Below, piece after piece: positions 24,596-33,013 of a stretch of DNA of 64,000 bases (within the stretch, counting starts at the first letter, position 1; the number at the start of each line of letters is the position of its first letter). The stretch is from contig LVAM01000010.1 in NCBI GenBank assembly GCA_001604005.1, positions 85,244 to 149,243 of the forward strand, in the 5' to 3' direction. The notes under the pieces were generated by a model that was not told where the DNA came from, searched no databases, and saw only the letters and a program-made list of their open reading frames with translations. The position numbers and the translations under genes were made by a program. This DNA is from Clostridiales bacterium Firm_07. GTDB taxonomy: Bacteria > Bacillota > Clostridia > Oscillospirales > CAG-272.

Positions 24596-27500
24596 TTAAG
24601 GAATCATCGTCAACTTTTGCAGCAGCGCGTCGAAGAACGCGTTGAGCGTGAGATCGCGCCACTCCGTGCTGATCTTGTTGAGTTGAGTCAGGTCGCCCGA
24701 TGCAGTCACGATACCCTTGTCAAAGAGATCGCCCATCGTGGCGTTCGTCAGAGCCGTCTGCACGGCGGTGTCGAGTTCGGTGATCTTGGCATTGCCGTCC
24801 ACCAGCGCGAGAACGCCGCTGTCCCGCTCCGGGTACAGATCGCTTACCGTCAGGTTGTTGATCGTGTTGCCGAACGTGGTCAGATTGGCGTCCGCGATCG
24901 CGCCGATCACGGCGGAAACCTTTTTGGTATGCGCGGGATCGGTGAGATTATCGGGATCGTATTTTTCGTACCACACGCCGTCCACTTTGGTGTATTTGAG
25001 CATCGTACCGATCGCAACGTTGTTGACCTCGGTCTCTATCTGCCCCAACGGCGTGGCGGCAAGCGCGCCGATCAGTCCGTCCGCGGGGACACCGCTCTTT
25101 TGCCATTCGTCGCCGACCTTTTCATAGCCGAGCGATTCGCCGAGCGTCAACTGATTCCATTTTTCAAGCACGACGTCCTTGTCGCCGAGCGAGCCGATGG
25201 TCAGCGACGCCATCACGTACTGCACGCCGGTAACCGTCACACCGTTTTTGTCTTTCCAGGTATCCGGCACCTCGTCGTCATCGGTGTCGACAAAAGTATA
25301 ACTGAGGGCGTCTCCGACCGTGATATCGCTCACCGCGTCGGAGTTGATCTCGGCAAGCGTCTTATCGGCAAGTTTTGCCAGAGCGCCGTCCGCCGGCACG
25401 CCGTTTTTGTACCACACACCGCCGGTCTTCTCATAACCGAGCGCGTCGCCCAGGTAGAGACCGTCGATTACGGTCGAGTTGATCTCGTTGACCGGACGGT
25501 CGGCAAGTTGCGCCAACACGCCCGTCACCATCACGCATTGCGTCGGATCCTCGTTGTCCCAATGGCTCCAATATTTGCCGTCGTGCCGTTCAAATCCCAC
25601 CGCCTGCGCAAGCGTCACCTCGCGCATTCTGGCAAGCAGTACGTCGGGCTCGGAGAGTTCTCCGATGAGCGAGTCGGCAAGTTTTGCCATCAGACCCGTC
25701 ACCACCGTGCCGTTGTCGTCTTTCCAACCGTCGCGCACGCCGTCCTCGTCATCGTCAAACGGGATATATCCCACCACCGCGCCGATATAGAGGTTATTGA
25801 CAACGCTTTCGTTCAGTCCCGCAAGGGTCTTATCCGCAATGGCGGCAAGCACGCCCTTCACTTTCTTGTCGTTGGTGGGATCCCCGTCGTCGCTGTATAC
25901 CGAATAATACACGCCGTCTTTCTCGGTGTAATGCAGCACGTCGGCGATCAGGACGTCGTCCGCGATATGCTCGTCGATCTGGTTCACCTTTTTGCCGGCA
26001 AATGCGGCAAGAATACCGGTCACTTTCACGTCGTTCGCGTCATCGCCGTCGTCGGTATATACCGAATAATAGTCGTCTCCGACTTTGGTATACCCCATCA
26101 CGTCGGCAATATAGAGGTTGTCGATCACGCTTTCGTTCAGTTCACCGATGGTTTTGTCGGCAATGGCGGCAAGCACGCCTTTTGCTTTGACGTCGTTTTC
26201 GTCGTTGCCGTCATCGCTGTATACAGAGTAATATACGTCGCCCACTTTGGTATAGTGGAGCGCGTCGGCAATCGTCACCTCATCGGCAATATGTCCGTCG
26301 ATCTCGCTGACCTTTTTGCCCGCAAACGCGGCAAGCACACCGGTCACTTTGCCTTCATCGGAATAATAGTCGTCGCCGACTTTGGTGTATCCCATCACGT
26401 CGGCAAGATAGAGGTTGTCGATCACGCCGCCGTTGAGTTCGCCGATGGTCTTGTCGGCGATCGCCGCAAGCACGCCGGTCACTTTCACGTCGTTGGTGTC
26501 GTCGCCGTCGTCACTGTACGCCGAATAATACACGTCGCCCACTTTGGTATAATGGAGCGCGTCGGCGATCGTCACGTCGTCGGCGATATGCTCGTTGATC
26601 TCGCTGACCTTTTTGCCCGCGAAAGCGGCAAGTACGCCGGTCACCTTCACGTCGTTCGTGTCATCGCCGTCGTCGGTATACTCGGAATAATAGTCGTCGC
26701 CGACTTTGGCGTATCCCATCACGTCGGCAATATAGAGGTTGTCGAACACGCTCGCGTTCAGTTCGCCGATGGTCTTGTCGGCGATGGCGGCAAGCACGCC
26801 TTTTGCTTTGACGTCGTTGGTATCATCGCCGTCGTCACTGTACGTCGAATAATACACGTCGCCCACCTTGGTGTAGTGAAGCGCGTCGGCAATCGTCACC
26901 TCGTCGGCGATATGCTCGTTGATCTCGCTCACTTTCTTCCCGGCAAACGCGGCAAGGATGCCGGTCACTTTGACGTCGTTCGTATCGTCATCGTCGTCGC
27001 TGTATACCGAATAGTAGTCGTCGCCGACCTTGGTATATTCCATCACGTCGGCGATCGTCAGATCTTTGACGGTCGTTTCAAAATCGGCGTTGCCCGTAAG
27101 GAAGTCGGCAAGCGGAATATTGGAGACCGACAGCATGGCACCCTTCACCGCCACGCGCGGAGCGTCCGGCGTTGCGCCGGCTTTGGTAAAGGCGTATTCG
27201 TCACGCGAGGAGGGATCGGCGGGATCGGCGGCTTTCGTCACTTCGCCGCGCACGTAACCGGCGGCGTCGCCGAGCAGCACGTCGTCAAACACGTTATCCC
27301 ATTTCAGCGTGCCGTCCAAAAGATCGAAAAGCCCCACGTTGGCAAGCGCTTTTTCCACGCGGTTCACGTCTTCGCCGCCTTTTTGCCATTCATATCCGAC
27401 CGTCACTTCCGCGTCGTCCACGATCTTGGTGATCGCCGCGCCGCGCGTGTAGCCTTCCTGAATATCGCCTAGATAGGTGTCGGCAAAAGTGGAAGAGAGC

Positions 27501-28825
27501 GAAAGATTGTTGTTGACGGCGTCAAAGAGCGAAATGTTCGCCAAGGCGGCGGACATACGACCGACGCGCACGTCGTCGACGTCGGTATCGTTGTCAACGT
27601 AGATGCTGTACCACACGCCGTCCGCTTTGGTGTAGCCCATCGCCGTTCCGAGTTGCAAGTCTTCGGTCATCACAGAGAGACTGAATTCACGTCTGCCGGT
27701 CTCGGCGTTGACGGGAAAGAGATCGGCGACCGTTTTGCCCGCCACCGCGGAATCGATGATCGCGCCCTCGGTGATGCCCGATATAAAGGTGCCCGCGGGC
27801 TCGTCGCCGATCGCGTCGACGATCACTTCAAGCAGATCCCGATTTTCTTTGAGCGCCTGCATAAGATCTCCGACGTCAATGGGCGCCATCAATTCCTGCA
27901 ACGTCGGCGCGGCGGGAGTCTGATACCGCACGGCGCCGTTCTCGTCAAAATCAACGCTCGTCAGATATCCGAGCCGCACGCCGTGAAAGAGCTGTCCGAA
28001 CTCGGCGTTGGTCAACAGCGCGATGGGACGGGGCGAGATCACCTCGATCACGCGGCTGTCGATCCCCGAAGGGGAAGCCAGCGTAAAGAGATAGCCGACG
28101 GTGAGGTTTTCCCCGATCACCTTGGGCGCATTGGAGGAAGCGAGTTGATCCAGCGGAACGGTAAACAGATCCATCGGCATCAGCCGCTGTATCTCGTCGG
28201 GCAAAACGATACCGTAGCGCGCCTGGATCTTGGCAAGCGTATAGTCGCTCTTCCGCGCTTTGATCTGCTTCAATTCGCTGTATATTTCAAGCAACGTCAG
28301 CGACGTCAGATCCACTTCGCCGTTGCGCGTCAGGTATTTGTCGGCCTCTTTCGCCATACCAAAGCGCTGCAAGTTGTCGATGGTCATACCGCCCAGCGCA
28401 AAATAAGCTGCCGCGCCAACGGCTCCGTATGCCACTACAACGCCGAGCAAAAAGACAAAGAGTCCGAAAAAGAACCGACGGATGCGGCGGTGCCGCGCGC
28501 GTACTCGGCGACGGTGCGTCCATTTGCGCCGTATATCCGAACGGCGATCCATCCATAGTTCTTCAGGCGTCGGCGGGGGCGGGGGCGGCAGAGTTTCCTC
28601 CTCCTTTTTCGCTTTCGGCGCCTTGGGCTCCTTCTCTTTCTTCGGTTTTTTCTCTTCTTCGGGCGCTTTCTTTTCTTTCGGCGCTTCCTTCTTTTCGGGT
28701 GCGGCGCTCTCCGCCTTCGCCTTTTCCTTTTTTGCTTCCGGCGCGGCGGGGGGGGTTTTGTTGCCGCCCTGCGCCGGGTTCGGCGTACCCGTCTCTTGCG
28801 GTCGGTTCTCTTTTTCCATATCCAT
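24596..28825 (-). CDS. Giant membrane-anchored (N-in) surface protein built from ~54-aa acidic repeats; function unknown
   Basis: 1409 aa. RBS AAGGAG and a consensus promoter upstream. The N-terminal ~116 aa is K/E/P-rich, ends in a poly-Arg stretch and is followed by one TM helix (FFFGLFVFLLGVVVAYGAVGAAAYFAL). The remainder is degenerate to near-identical repeats of the type IADVMGYTKVGDDYYSVY-DDGDDTNDVKVTGVLAAFAGKKVSEINEHIADDV. Confidence 0.85.
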   Translation of the reverse strand: MDMEKENRPQETGTPNPAQGGNKTPPAAPEAKKEKAKAESAAPEKKEAPKEKKAPEEEKKPKKEKEPKAPKAKKEEETLPPPPPPTPEELWMDRRSDIRRKWTHRRRVRARHRRIRRFFFGLFVFLLGVVVAYGAVGAAAYFALGGMTIDNLQRFGMAKEADKYLTRNGEVDLTSLTLLEIYSELKQIKARKSDYTLAKIQARYGIVLPDEIQRLMPMDLFTVPLDQLASSNAPKVIGENLTVGYLFTLASPSGIDSRVIEVISPRPIALLTNAEFGQLFHGVRLGYLTSVDFDENGAVRYQTPAAPTLQELMAPIDVGDLMQALKENRDLLEVIVDAIGDEPAGTFISGITEGAIIDSAVAGKTVADLFPVNAETGRREFSLSVMTEDLQLGTAMGYTKADGVWYSIYVDNDTDVDDVRVGRMSAALANISLFDAVNNNLSLSSTFADTYLGDIQEGYTRGAAITKIVDDAEVTVGYEWQKGGEDVNRVEKALANVGLFDLLDGTLKWDNVFDDVLLGDAAGYVRGEVTKAADPADPSSRDEYAFTKAGATPDAPRVAVKGAMLSVSNIPLADFLTGNADFETTVKDLTIADVMEYTKVGDDYYSVYSDDDDDTNDVKVTGILAAFAGKKVSEINEHIADEVTIADALHYTKVGDVYYSTYSDDGDDTNDVKAKGVLAAIADKTIGELNASVFDNLYIADVMGYAKVGDDYYSEYTDDGDDTNDVKVTGVLAAFAGKKVSEINEHIADDVTIADALHYTKVGDVYYSAYSDDGDDTNDVKVTGVLAAIADKTIGELNGGVIDNLYLADVMGYTKVGDDYYSDEGKVTGVLAAFAGKKVSEIDGHIADEVTIADALHYTKVGDVYYSVYSDDGNDENDVKAKGVLAAIADKTIGELNESVIDNLYIADVMGYTKVGDDYYSVYTDDGDDANDVKVTGILAAFAGKKVNQIDEHIADDVLIADVLHYTEKDGVYYSVYSDDGDPTNDKKVKGVLAAIADKTLAGLNESVVNNLYIGAVVGYIPFDDDEDGVRDGWKDDNGTVVTGLMAKLADSLIGELSEPDVLLARMREVTLAQAVGFERHDGKYWSHWDNEDPTQCVMVTGVLAQLADRPVNEINSTVIDGLYLGDALGYEKTGGVWYKNGVPADGALAKLADKTLAEINSDAVSDITVGDALSYTFVDTDDDEVPDTWKDKNGVTVTGVQYVMASLTIGSLGDKDVVLEKWNQLTLGESLGYEKVGDEWQKSGVPADGLIGALAATPLGQIETEVNNVAIGTMLKYTKVDGVWYEKYDPDNLTDPAHTKKVSAVIGAIADANLTTFGNTINNLTVSDLYPERDSGVLALVDGNAKITELDTAVQTALTNATMGDLFDKGIVTASGDLTQLNKISTEWRDLTLNAFFDALLQKLTMIP
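25790..27061 (-). repeat. In-frame tandem repeat, about 4 copies of a ~324-bp (108-aa = two 54-aa subunits) unit
   Basis: Alternating A units (..VTGxLAAFAGKKVSEINEHIADxV) and B units (..KGVLAAIADKTIGELNxSVxDNL) cover roughly aa 589-1012. Copies are highly similar at the DNA level by eye. One A unit carries a 9-aa deletion of the acidic loop. Confidence 0.8.
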
Positions 28826-28873
28826 AGGGTTTACTCCTTAATGCGGCAATGTGGAATATGTATACTACGTTTT

Positions 28874-28902
28874 ATCATAGCATATGCAAATACACGTGTC
28901 AA
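28874..28902 (-). promoter_or_regulatory. Sigma-A-type promoter of the 1409-aa gene
   Basis: Minus strand reads TTGACA (28902-28897), a 17-nt spacer, then TATGAT (28879-28874). Confidence 0.6.
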
Positions 28903-28910
28903 GAAAATTC

Positions 28911-28939
28911 TTGCATTTTTGTGCGCAATATTTTATAAT
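28911..28939 (+). promoter_or_regulatory. Sigma-A-type promoter of the PF06541-like gene
   Basis: TTGCAT (28911-28916), a 17-nt spacer, then TATAAT (28934-28939). It lies inside the 5' part of the longest ORF, which argues for the downstream start. Confidence 0.55.
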
Positions 28940-28967
28940 GGAAAGCAAGAGAAGGGAGGCAGACGTT

Positions 28968-29447
28968 TTGAGAGGGAAACTTTGCGCCGCGTTTCTGTTT
29001 TTTTGTAAAAGCCTTGCGCAGTTTTTCTGCGGCGCGTTGCTCTATTATCAATGCGAACGCGTGTTTCGTGCGCTGCGCCATCACCCCGCGCCGCGCCGCG
29101 AGATCTATCTGCTCGGCGGGCTTGCCGTGCTGTTGCTTGTCTGTTGCTGTCGTCTGCCCTTCAAAGGTAGAAAAAAGTGGGCTCTCGTGCCGCTTGTCGC
29201 CGGCATTTCACTCACGGTTTTCGAATACTGTTTCGGGGCTTATTACCTCTTCGTGCGCGGCGTGCGCCTGTGGGATTATCGCGGGTGTCGGTTTGAGTTT
29301 CAGGGCTTGATATGTCTTCGCTTTTCGCTTTGCTGGATGGGGGCGGGACTTTTGACGCTGTTCCTTGACGCGGGGGTGGAAAAACTGCTTTCCCGCACGC
29401 CGTTTGCTTACGAAAAAATGAAACGGCTCTGGACGGGGCAAAAATAA
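28968..29447 (+). CDS. Small polytopic membrane protein, PF06541 (DUF1113 / 'putative ABC-transporter type IV') like
   Basis: About 159 aa from the TTG at 28968, preceded by AAGGGAGG plus 8 nt. Four hydrophobic segments. RLWDYRGCRFEFQGLICLRFSLCWMGAG resembles the WDY...G.I.L..S..W signature of that family from memory. Confidence 0.6.
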   Translation: MRGKLCAAFLFFCKSLAQFFCGALLYYQCERVFRALRHHPAPRREIYLLGGLAVLLLVCCCRLPFKGRKKWALVPLVAGISLTVFEYCFGAYYLFVRGVRLWDYRGCRFEFQGLICLRFSLCWMGAGLLTLFLDAGVEKLLSRTPFAYEKMKRLWTGQK

Positions 29448-29480
29448 AAAAGAGGTCGCCGCGGCGACCTCTTTTTTGTT
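29446..29480. terminator. Bidirectional intrinsic terminator
   Basis: AAAAAAGAGGTCGCC-GC-GGCGACCTCTTTTTTG, between the converging PF06541-like gene and asnA. Confidence 0.85.
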
Positions 29481-29485
29481 TTACG

Positions 29486-30496
29486 TTACAGCAATTTCAC
29501 ACCTTTTTCGGCGCATATCGTCAAGGTGTCTTCGGGCCATACCGAAGATTGCACCTCTCCGATATGCGCCTTTTCCAGCATCAACATACAAAGGCGGGAT
29601 TGCCCGATGCCGCCGCCGATCGTCAGGGGCAGTTCGTCCCGGTCGATCATCTGGTGGTAGGCAAAGGCATAGCGGTCTGTCGCGCCTTTTTCGGTCAACT
29701 GCGCGCGAAGAGACGCCGCGTCCACTCGAATACCCATGGAAGAAAGCTCAAACGCGCCGCCGAGCACCTTGTTGTAGACCAGAAGATCGCCGTTGAGCGA
29801 CCAGTCGTCGTAATCGGGCGCGCGTCCGTCGTGCGGCGCGCCGCTTTTCAGTTTGCCGCCGATCCCCATCACGAAAACCGTTCCGTGTTCGGCGCAAACG
29901 CGGTCTTCGCGCTCTTTCGGCGAGAGATCGGGATAACGGTCTTCCAGCTCTTGCGCGGTGACAAAATACGGCGTTTCCGCGATCTCTGCGTGCAGTTGCG
30001 GAAAACGCAGTTTCACACGGCGGTTGGTATATACGACCGCTTTCACGATCGCGCGCACGGTGTCTTTGAGAAACTCAACGGTGCGATCCTCGCGCCGGAT
30101 CACTTTTTCCCAATCCCACTGATCCACAAAGATCGAGTGCGTGTTGTTGGCGTCGTCGTCGCGGCGAATCGCGTTCATATCGGTATAAATGCCCTCGCCC
30201 GCCTTGTAGCCGTAGCGGTAAAGCGCCATTCTCTTCCATTTCGCCAGCGACTGCACCACTTCCGCCTCGTAGGGGATCTCTTTCATCGAAAAGGCGACCT
30301 TGCGCTCCACGCCGTTGAGATCGTCGTTGATGCCGCTGTCGGAGGCGACGATCAGGGGCGCCGTTACGCGGTCAAGGTTAAGCGCAAAGGAAAGCGATTG
30401 TTGAAAGAGGTCTTTGATGTATTTGATCGCCTGCTGTGTTTCGCGCAGTGAAAGCGCGGACACGTAACCTTCTGGGATCTTCGTATAATGTGCCAT
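29486..30496 (-). CDS. asnA: Aspartate--ammonia ligase (asparagine synthetase A)
   Basis: 336 aa. N-terminus ...LSLRETQQAIKYIKDLFQQSLSFALNLDRVTAPLIV and C-terminal GGGIGQSRLCMLMLEKAHIGEVQ are characteristic of AsnA. Confidence 0.9.
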   Translation of the reverse strand: MAHYTKIPEGYVSALSLRETQQAIKYIKDLFQQSLSFALNLDRVTAPLIVASDSGINDDLNGVERKVAFSMKEIPYEAEVVQSLAKWKRMALYRYGYKAGEGIYTDMNAIRRDDDANNTHSIFVDQWDWEKVIRREDRTVEFLKDTVRAIVKAVVYTNRRVKLRFPQLHAEIAETPYFVTAQELEDRYPDLSPKEREDRVCAEHGTVFVMGIGGKLKSGAPHDGRAPDYDDWSLNGDLLVYNKVLGGAFELSSMGIRVDAASLRAQLTEKGATDRYAFAYHQMIDRDELPLTIGGGIGQSRLCMLMLEKAHIGEVQSSVWPEDTLTICAEKGVKLL

Positions 30497-30508
30497 AAGC
30501 GTCCTTTC

Positions 30509-31879
30509 TCAGCGAATGCTGCCGACCGTGCGCGGATAAAGCGCCACGTCGCGGATGTTCTTCATTCCCGTCACATACATAATGAGCCGCTCGAATCCAA
30601 GCCCGAAACCGCCGTGCGGCACCGAGCCGAAGCGACGCAGATCGAGATAATCGGCATAGGCTTCGAGATTCATTTTGCGCCGTTTCATCTCGGCGACAAG
30701 TTTGTCGTAATTGCTCTCACGCTCACTGCCGCCGATGATCTCACCGACGCCGGGAACAAGCAGATCCGCCGCCGCAACGGTCTTTCCGTCGGGGTTCTGC
30801 TTCATATAAAACGATTTGATCTCACGCGGATAGTTGGTGATGAAGACCGCGCGTTTGCAGACCACCTCGGCAATATAGCGTTCGTGCTCGGTTTGAAGAT
30901 CGCACCCCCACTCCACGGGATAACGGAAGTCTTGTCCGCTCTTTTTGAGGATGTCGATGGCGTCGGTATAGTCGACGACGGCAAACTCGTGCGAAATGAG
31001 GTCTTGCAGTTTGGCGATGAGCCCTGCCTCGAAATGCTCCTCGAAAAAGCGCAGTTCGTCGGGGCATTTTTCAAGCACTTCCGAAATAACGCTTTTGATC
31101 ATCTCTTCCGCGATGGCGAGAACGTCGGGCAGTTCCGCAAACGCCACTTCCGGTTCAATGTGCCAAAATTCCGCCACGTGGCGGGGGGTATTGCTGTTTT
31201 CGGCGCGAAAACTCGGACCGAACGTGTAGATCTTCCCGAACGCCGTTGCGGCGACCTCGCCTTCCAGTTGCCCCGAAACGCTGAGCCCCGCCCGTTTGCC
31301 GAAGAAGTCGGCGGCGTAATACTCGTCGGCGTTCTTGTATTGATCGGAATAGCCGATGGTCGTCACCTGAAACATTTCGCCCGCGCCCTCGCAATCGCTC
31401 GCGGTGATAAGCGGCGTGTTGACGTACACGTAGTTATGACTTTGAAAATAGTTGTGAAGCGCGCGCGCCAGCACCGAACGCACGCGGAAAACGGCGTTGA
31501 AAGTGTTGGTGCGAAGCCGCAAATGCGGTATCGTGCGCAGATATTCCAGCGTGTGGCGCTTTTTCTGCAAGGGGTACTCCGGCGGGCAGTCGCCGAGCAG
31601 AGTCACCTCGTCCGCCTGAATTTCCACGCCGTTTTGCGCCGACTCGACAAGCGTCCCGACCACACGGATCGCGGCGCCGAGTTTATCGGCGTTTTCATAA
31701 GCGACGTTGCGGGTTTTATCAATAACGATCTGCAAGTGACCCAGCGACGTGCCGTCATTCAGAGCGAGAAACGCCACGTTTTTGGAATCGCGCGCCGTTC
31801 TCACCCAACCGCAGACCGTCACGGTGGCACCGATCAGGGCGGGATTTGTCAGAACTTCTTTGATGTCGGTGTGTTGCAT
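30509..31879 (-). CDS. asnS: Asparagine--tRNA ligase
   Basis: 456 aa from the ATG at 31879, preceded by AAAGGAGTGAACGCA. Has an OB-fold N-terminus (VTVCGWVRTARDSKNVAFLALNDGT) and class II motifs (FRAENSNTPRHVAEFWHIEPE, GGFGLGFERL). Confidence 0.92.
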   Translation of the reverse strand: MQHTDIKEVLTNPALIGATVTVCGWVRTARDSKNVAFLALNDGTSLGHLQIVIDKTRNVAYENADKLGAAIRVVGTLVESAQNGVEIQADEVTLLGDCPPEYPLQKKRHTLEYLRTIPHLRLRTNTFNAVFRVRSVLARALHNYFQSHNYVYVNTPLITASDCEGAGEMFQVTTIGYSDQYKNADEYYAADFFGKRAGLSVSGQLEGEVAATAFGKIYTFGPSFRAENSNTPRHVAEFWHIEPEVAFAELPDVLAIAEEMIKSVISEVLEKCPDELRFFEEHFEAGLIAKLQDLISHEFAVVDYTDAIDILKKSGQDFRYPVEWGCDLQTEHERYIAEVVCKRAVFITNYPREIKSFYMKQNPDGKTVAAADLLVPGVGEIIGGSERESNYDKLVAEMKRRKMNLEAYADYLDLRRFGSVPHGGFGLGFERLIMYVTGMKNIRDVALYPRTVGSIR

Positions 31880-31941
31880 TGCGTTCACTCCTTTTCGGGA
31901 AAGGCAAAAATAATACGTTTTGCCGCAAGATATATAAAATA

Positions 31942-31970
31942 GTTATACCACACGCGCGCGGGGTTGTCAA
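31942..31970 (-). promoter_or_regulatory. Sigma-A-type promoter of asnS-asnA
   Basis: Minus strand reads TTGACA (31970-31965), a 17-nt spacer, then TATAAC (31947-31942). The leader is only about 55 nt. Confidence 0.55.
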
Positions 31971-31990
31971 GAACTTTTGCCGACAAAAGA

Positions 31991-32902
31991 TCAAGTGTTC
32001 GCCGCGTGTTTGCGAAAATCCGCGGGGGATACTCCTTTGCGCTTGATAAACTCACGAATAAAGTGCGAACTGTCGTAAAATCCGCAGGAGAGCGCCGTCG
32101 AAAGAACGGTTTCTCCCTCGTTTGTCAAGAGTTTCGCCGCGTTTTCGATCCTGCAATGCATCTGATATTCGGCGGGGGTCACCCCCGAAAAATCCTTAAA
32201 CAGCCGCAAAAAAGTGCTGTACGAAACGGCGCACCGCGCCGCCACCTCACCGAAACGCAGTTTTTCGGCGAAATTCTTTTCAATATATTCCATACTCTCA
32301 ATAATCGTCTGCACTCGCTCGATCGGCACTCCCCCGTCGTTCAGCGCGCGGGGCGCGTTCATTTTGGCGGACAGCACGGCGATGAGCGACAAAATATGAA
32401 GTGCTTTCTCCGTTTGCGCCTCGGGAACGTCTTCGCCCTCCTCGATCAAGGTGATATAGCGGTTGACGCGCTCAAATTCCGCGCGGTCGAGGCGGAGATA
32501 AAACGCCTTTTCCAACCTCCCGCGTAGCATAGGCTCTATATGAAAAAGCATCGCGTATCCGGGCAATTGCTTCAAAAACGGCGCAAAAGCCGCCATAAAT
32601 CCGTTGCTGAGCAAAATGTGATACACCGTCATATTTCCTTTGCAGGAATAGCCGTGCCGAATATGCGGCGGAATCACAAACACGTCGCCTCTTGACGCTA
32701 TGATCTCTTTGTCTCCCACAAAATGCTTGCCCGATCCGCCCGTTATCAGATTGATCTCGTAAAAATCGTGCATATGTCGGGCAAGCGCGCCGTTCAAAAT
32801 ATGCGCATAGTATTTGACGTATTCCCGCTTCGCCTCTTTTTGCGCCTTGTCAAAAGTCCACAGATAGATCTCGTGGTCGGGTACTTGCCGTACTTCTGCC
32901 AT
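31991..32902 (-). CDS. AraC-family transcriptional regulator (cupin sensor domain plus C-terminal HTH)
   Basis: 303 aa from the ATG at 32902, preceded by AAGGAGAG; the longer ORF has no RBS. Cupin-like HMHDFYEINLITGGSGKHFVGD...VFVIPPHIRHGY. C-terminal AraC HTH (FAEKLRFGEVAARCAVSYSTFLRLFK...GFYDSSHFIREF). Confidence 0.88.
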   Translation of the reverse strand: MAEVRQVPDHEIYLWTFDKAQKEAKREYVKYYAHILNGALARHMHDFYEINLITGGSGKHFVGDKEIIASRGDVFVIPPHIRHGYSCKGNMTVYHILLSNGFMAAFAPFLKQLPGYAMLFHIEPMLRGRLEKAFYLRLDRAEFERVNRYITLIEEGEDVPEAQTEKALHILSLIAVLSAKMNAPRALNDGGVPIERVQTIIESMEYIEKNFAEKLRFGEVAARCAVSYSTFLRLFKDFSGVTPAEYQMHCRIENAAKLLTNEGETVLSTALSCGFYDSSHFIREFIKRKGVSPADFRKHAANT

Positions 32903-32918
32903 TTTGCTCTCCTTTGCA

Positions 32919-32979
32919 ACAATTATACAACAAAATAAAATAATTGTACAATTATTATACATCATCGCCGTGTTATAAT
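32919..32979. promoter_or_regulatory. AraC/GH127 divergent control region: ACAATTAT half-sites, a 16-bp palindrome and an extended -10
   Basis: ACAATTAT at 32919-32926. Perfect palindrome ATAATTGTACAATTAT at 32940-32955. TGtTATAAT at 32971-32979 with no good -35, which suggests dependence on an activator. Confidence 0.45.
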
Positions 32980-33013
32980 CAAGATGACAAGAAAACTTTT
33001 CGGAGGAGTTTTT

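Noticed and set aside
24274-24645. 123-aa plus-strand ORF in the AT-rich spacer
   Set aside because: There is no RBS, the translation is low-complexity (F/S/K/L-rich), and it runs through the terminator and into the 3' end of the 1409-aa gene.
25790-27061. Regular tandem repeat that could be mistaken for a CRISPR array
   Set aside because: The period is ~324 bp with no short repeat/spacer alternation. It stays in frame inside a long ORF and translates to a coherent protein repeat. No cas genes are present in the window.
28884-28967. Longer start (28884) for the PF06541-like gene, and similarly 61639 for the membrane protein, 33280 for AraC, 24091 for the SBP, 47283 for the beta-helix protein and 53374 for GH13
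   Set aside because: The extended N-termini overlap promoters or upstream genes and lack an RBS. Downstream starts have strong GGAGG-type sites and sensible signal peptides or N-terminal family motifs.
31880-31990. T-box riboswitch upstream of asnS
   Set aside because: The promoter-to-ATG leader is only ~55 nt. No specifier loop or T-box sequence was seen. The whole intergenic region is ~110 nt.
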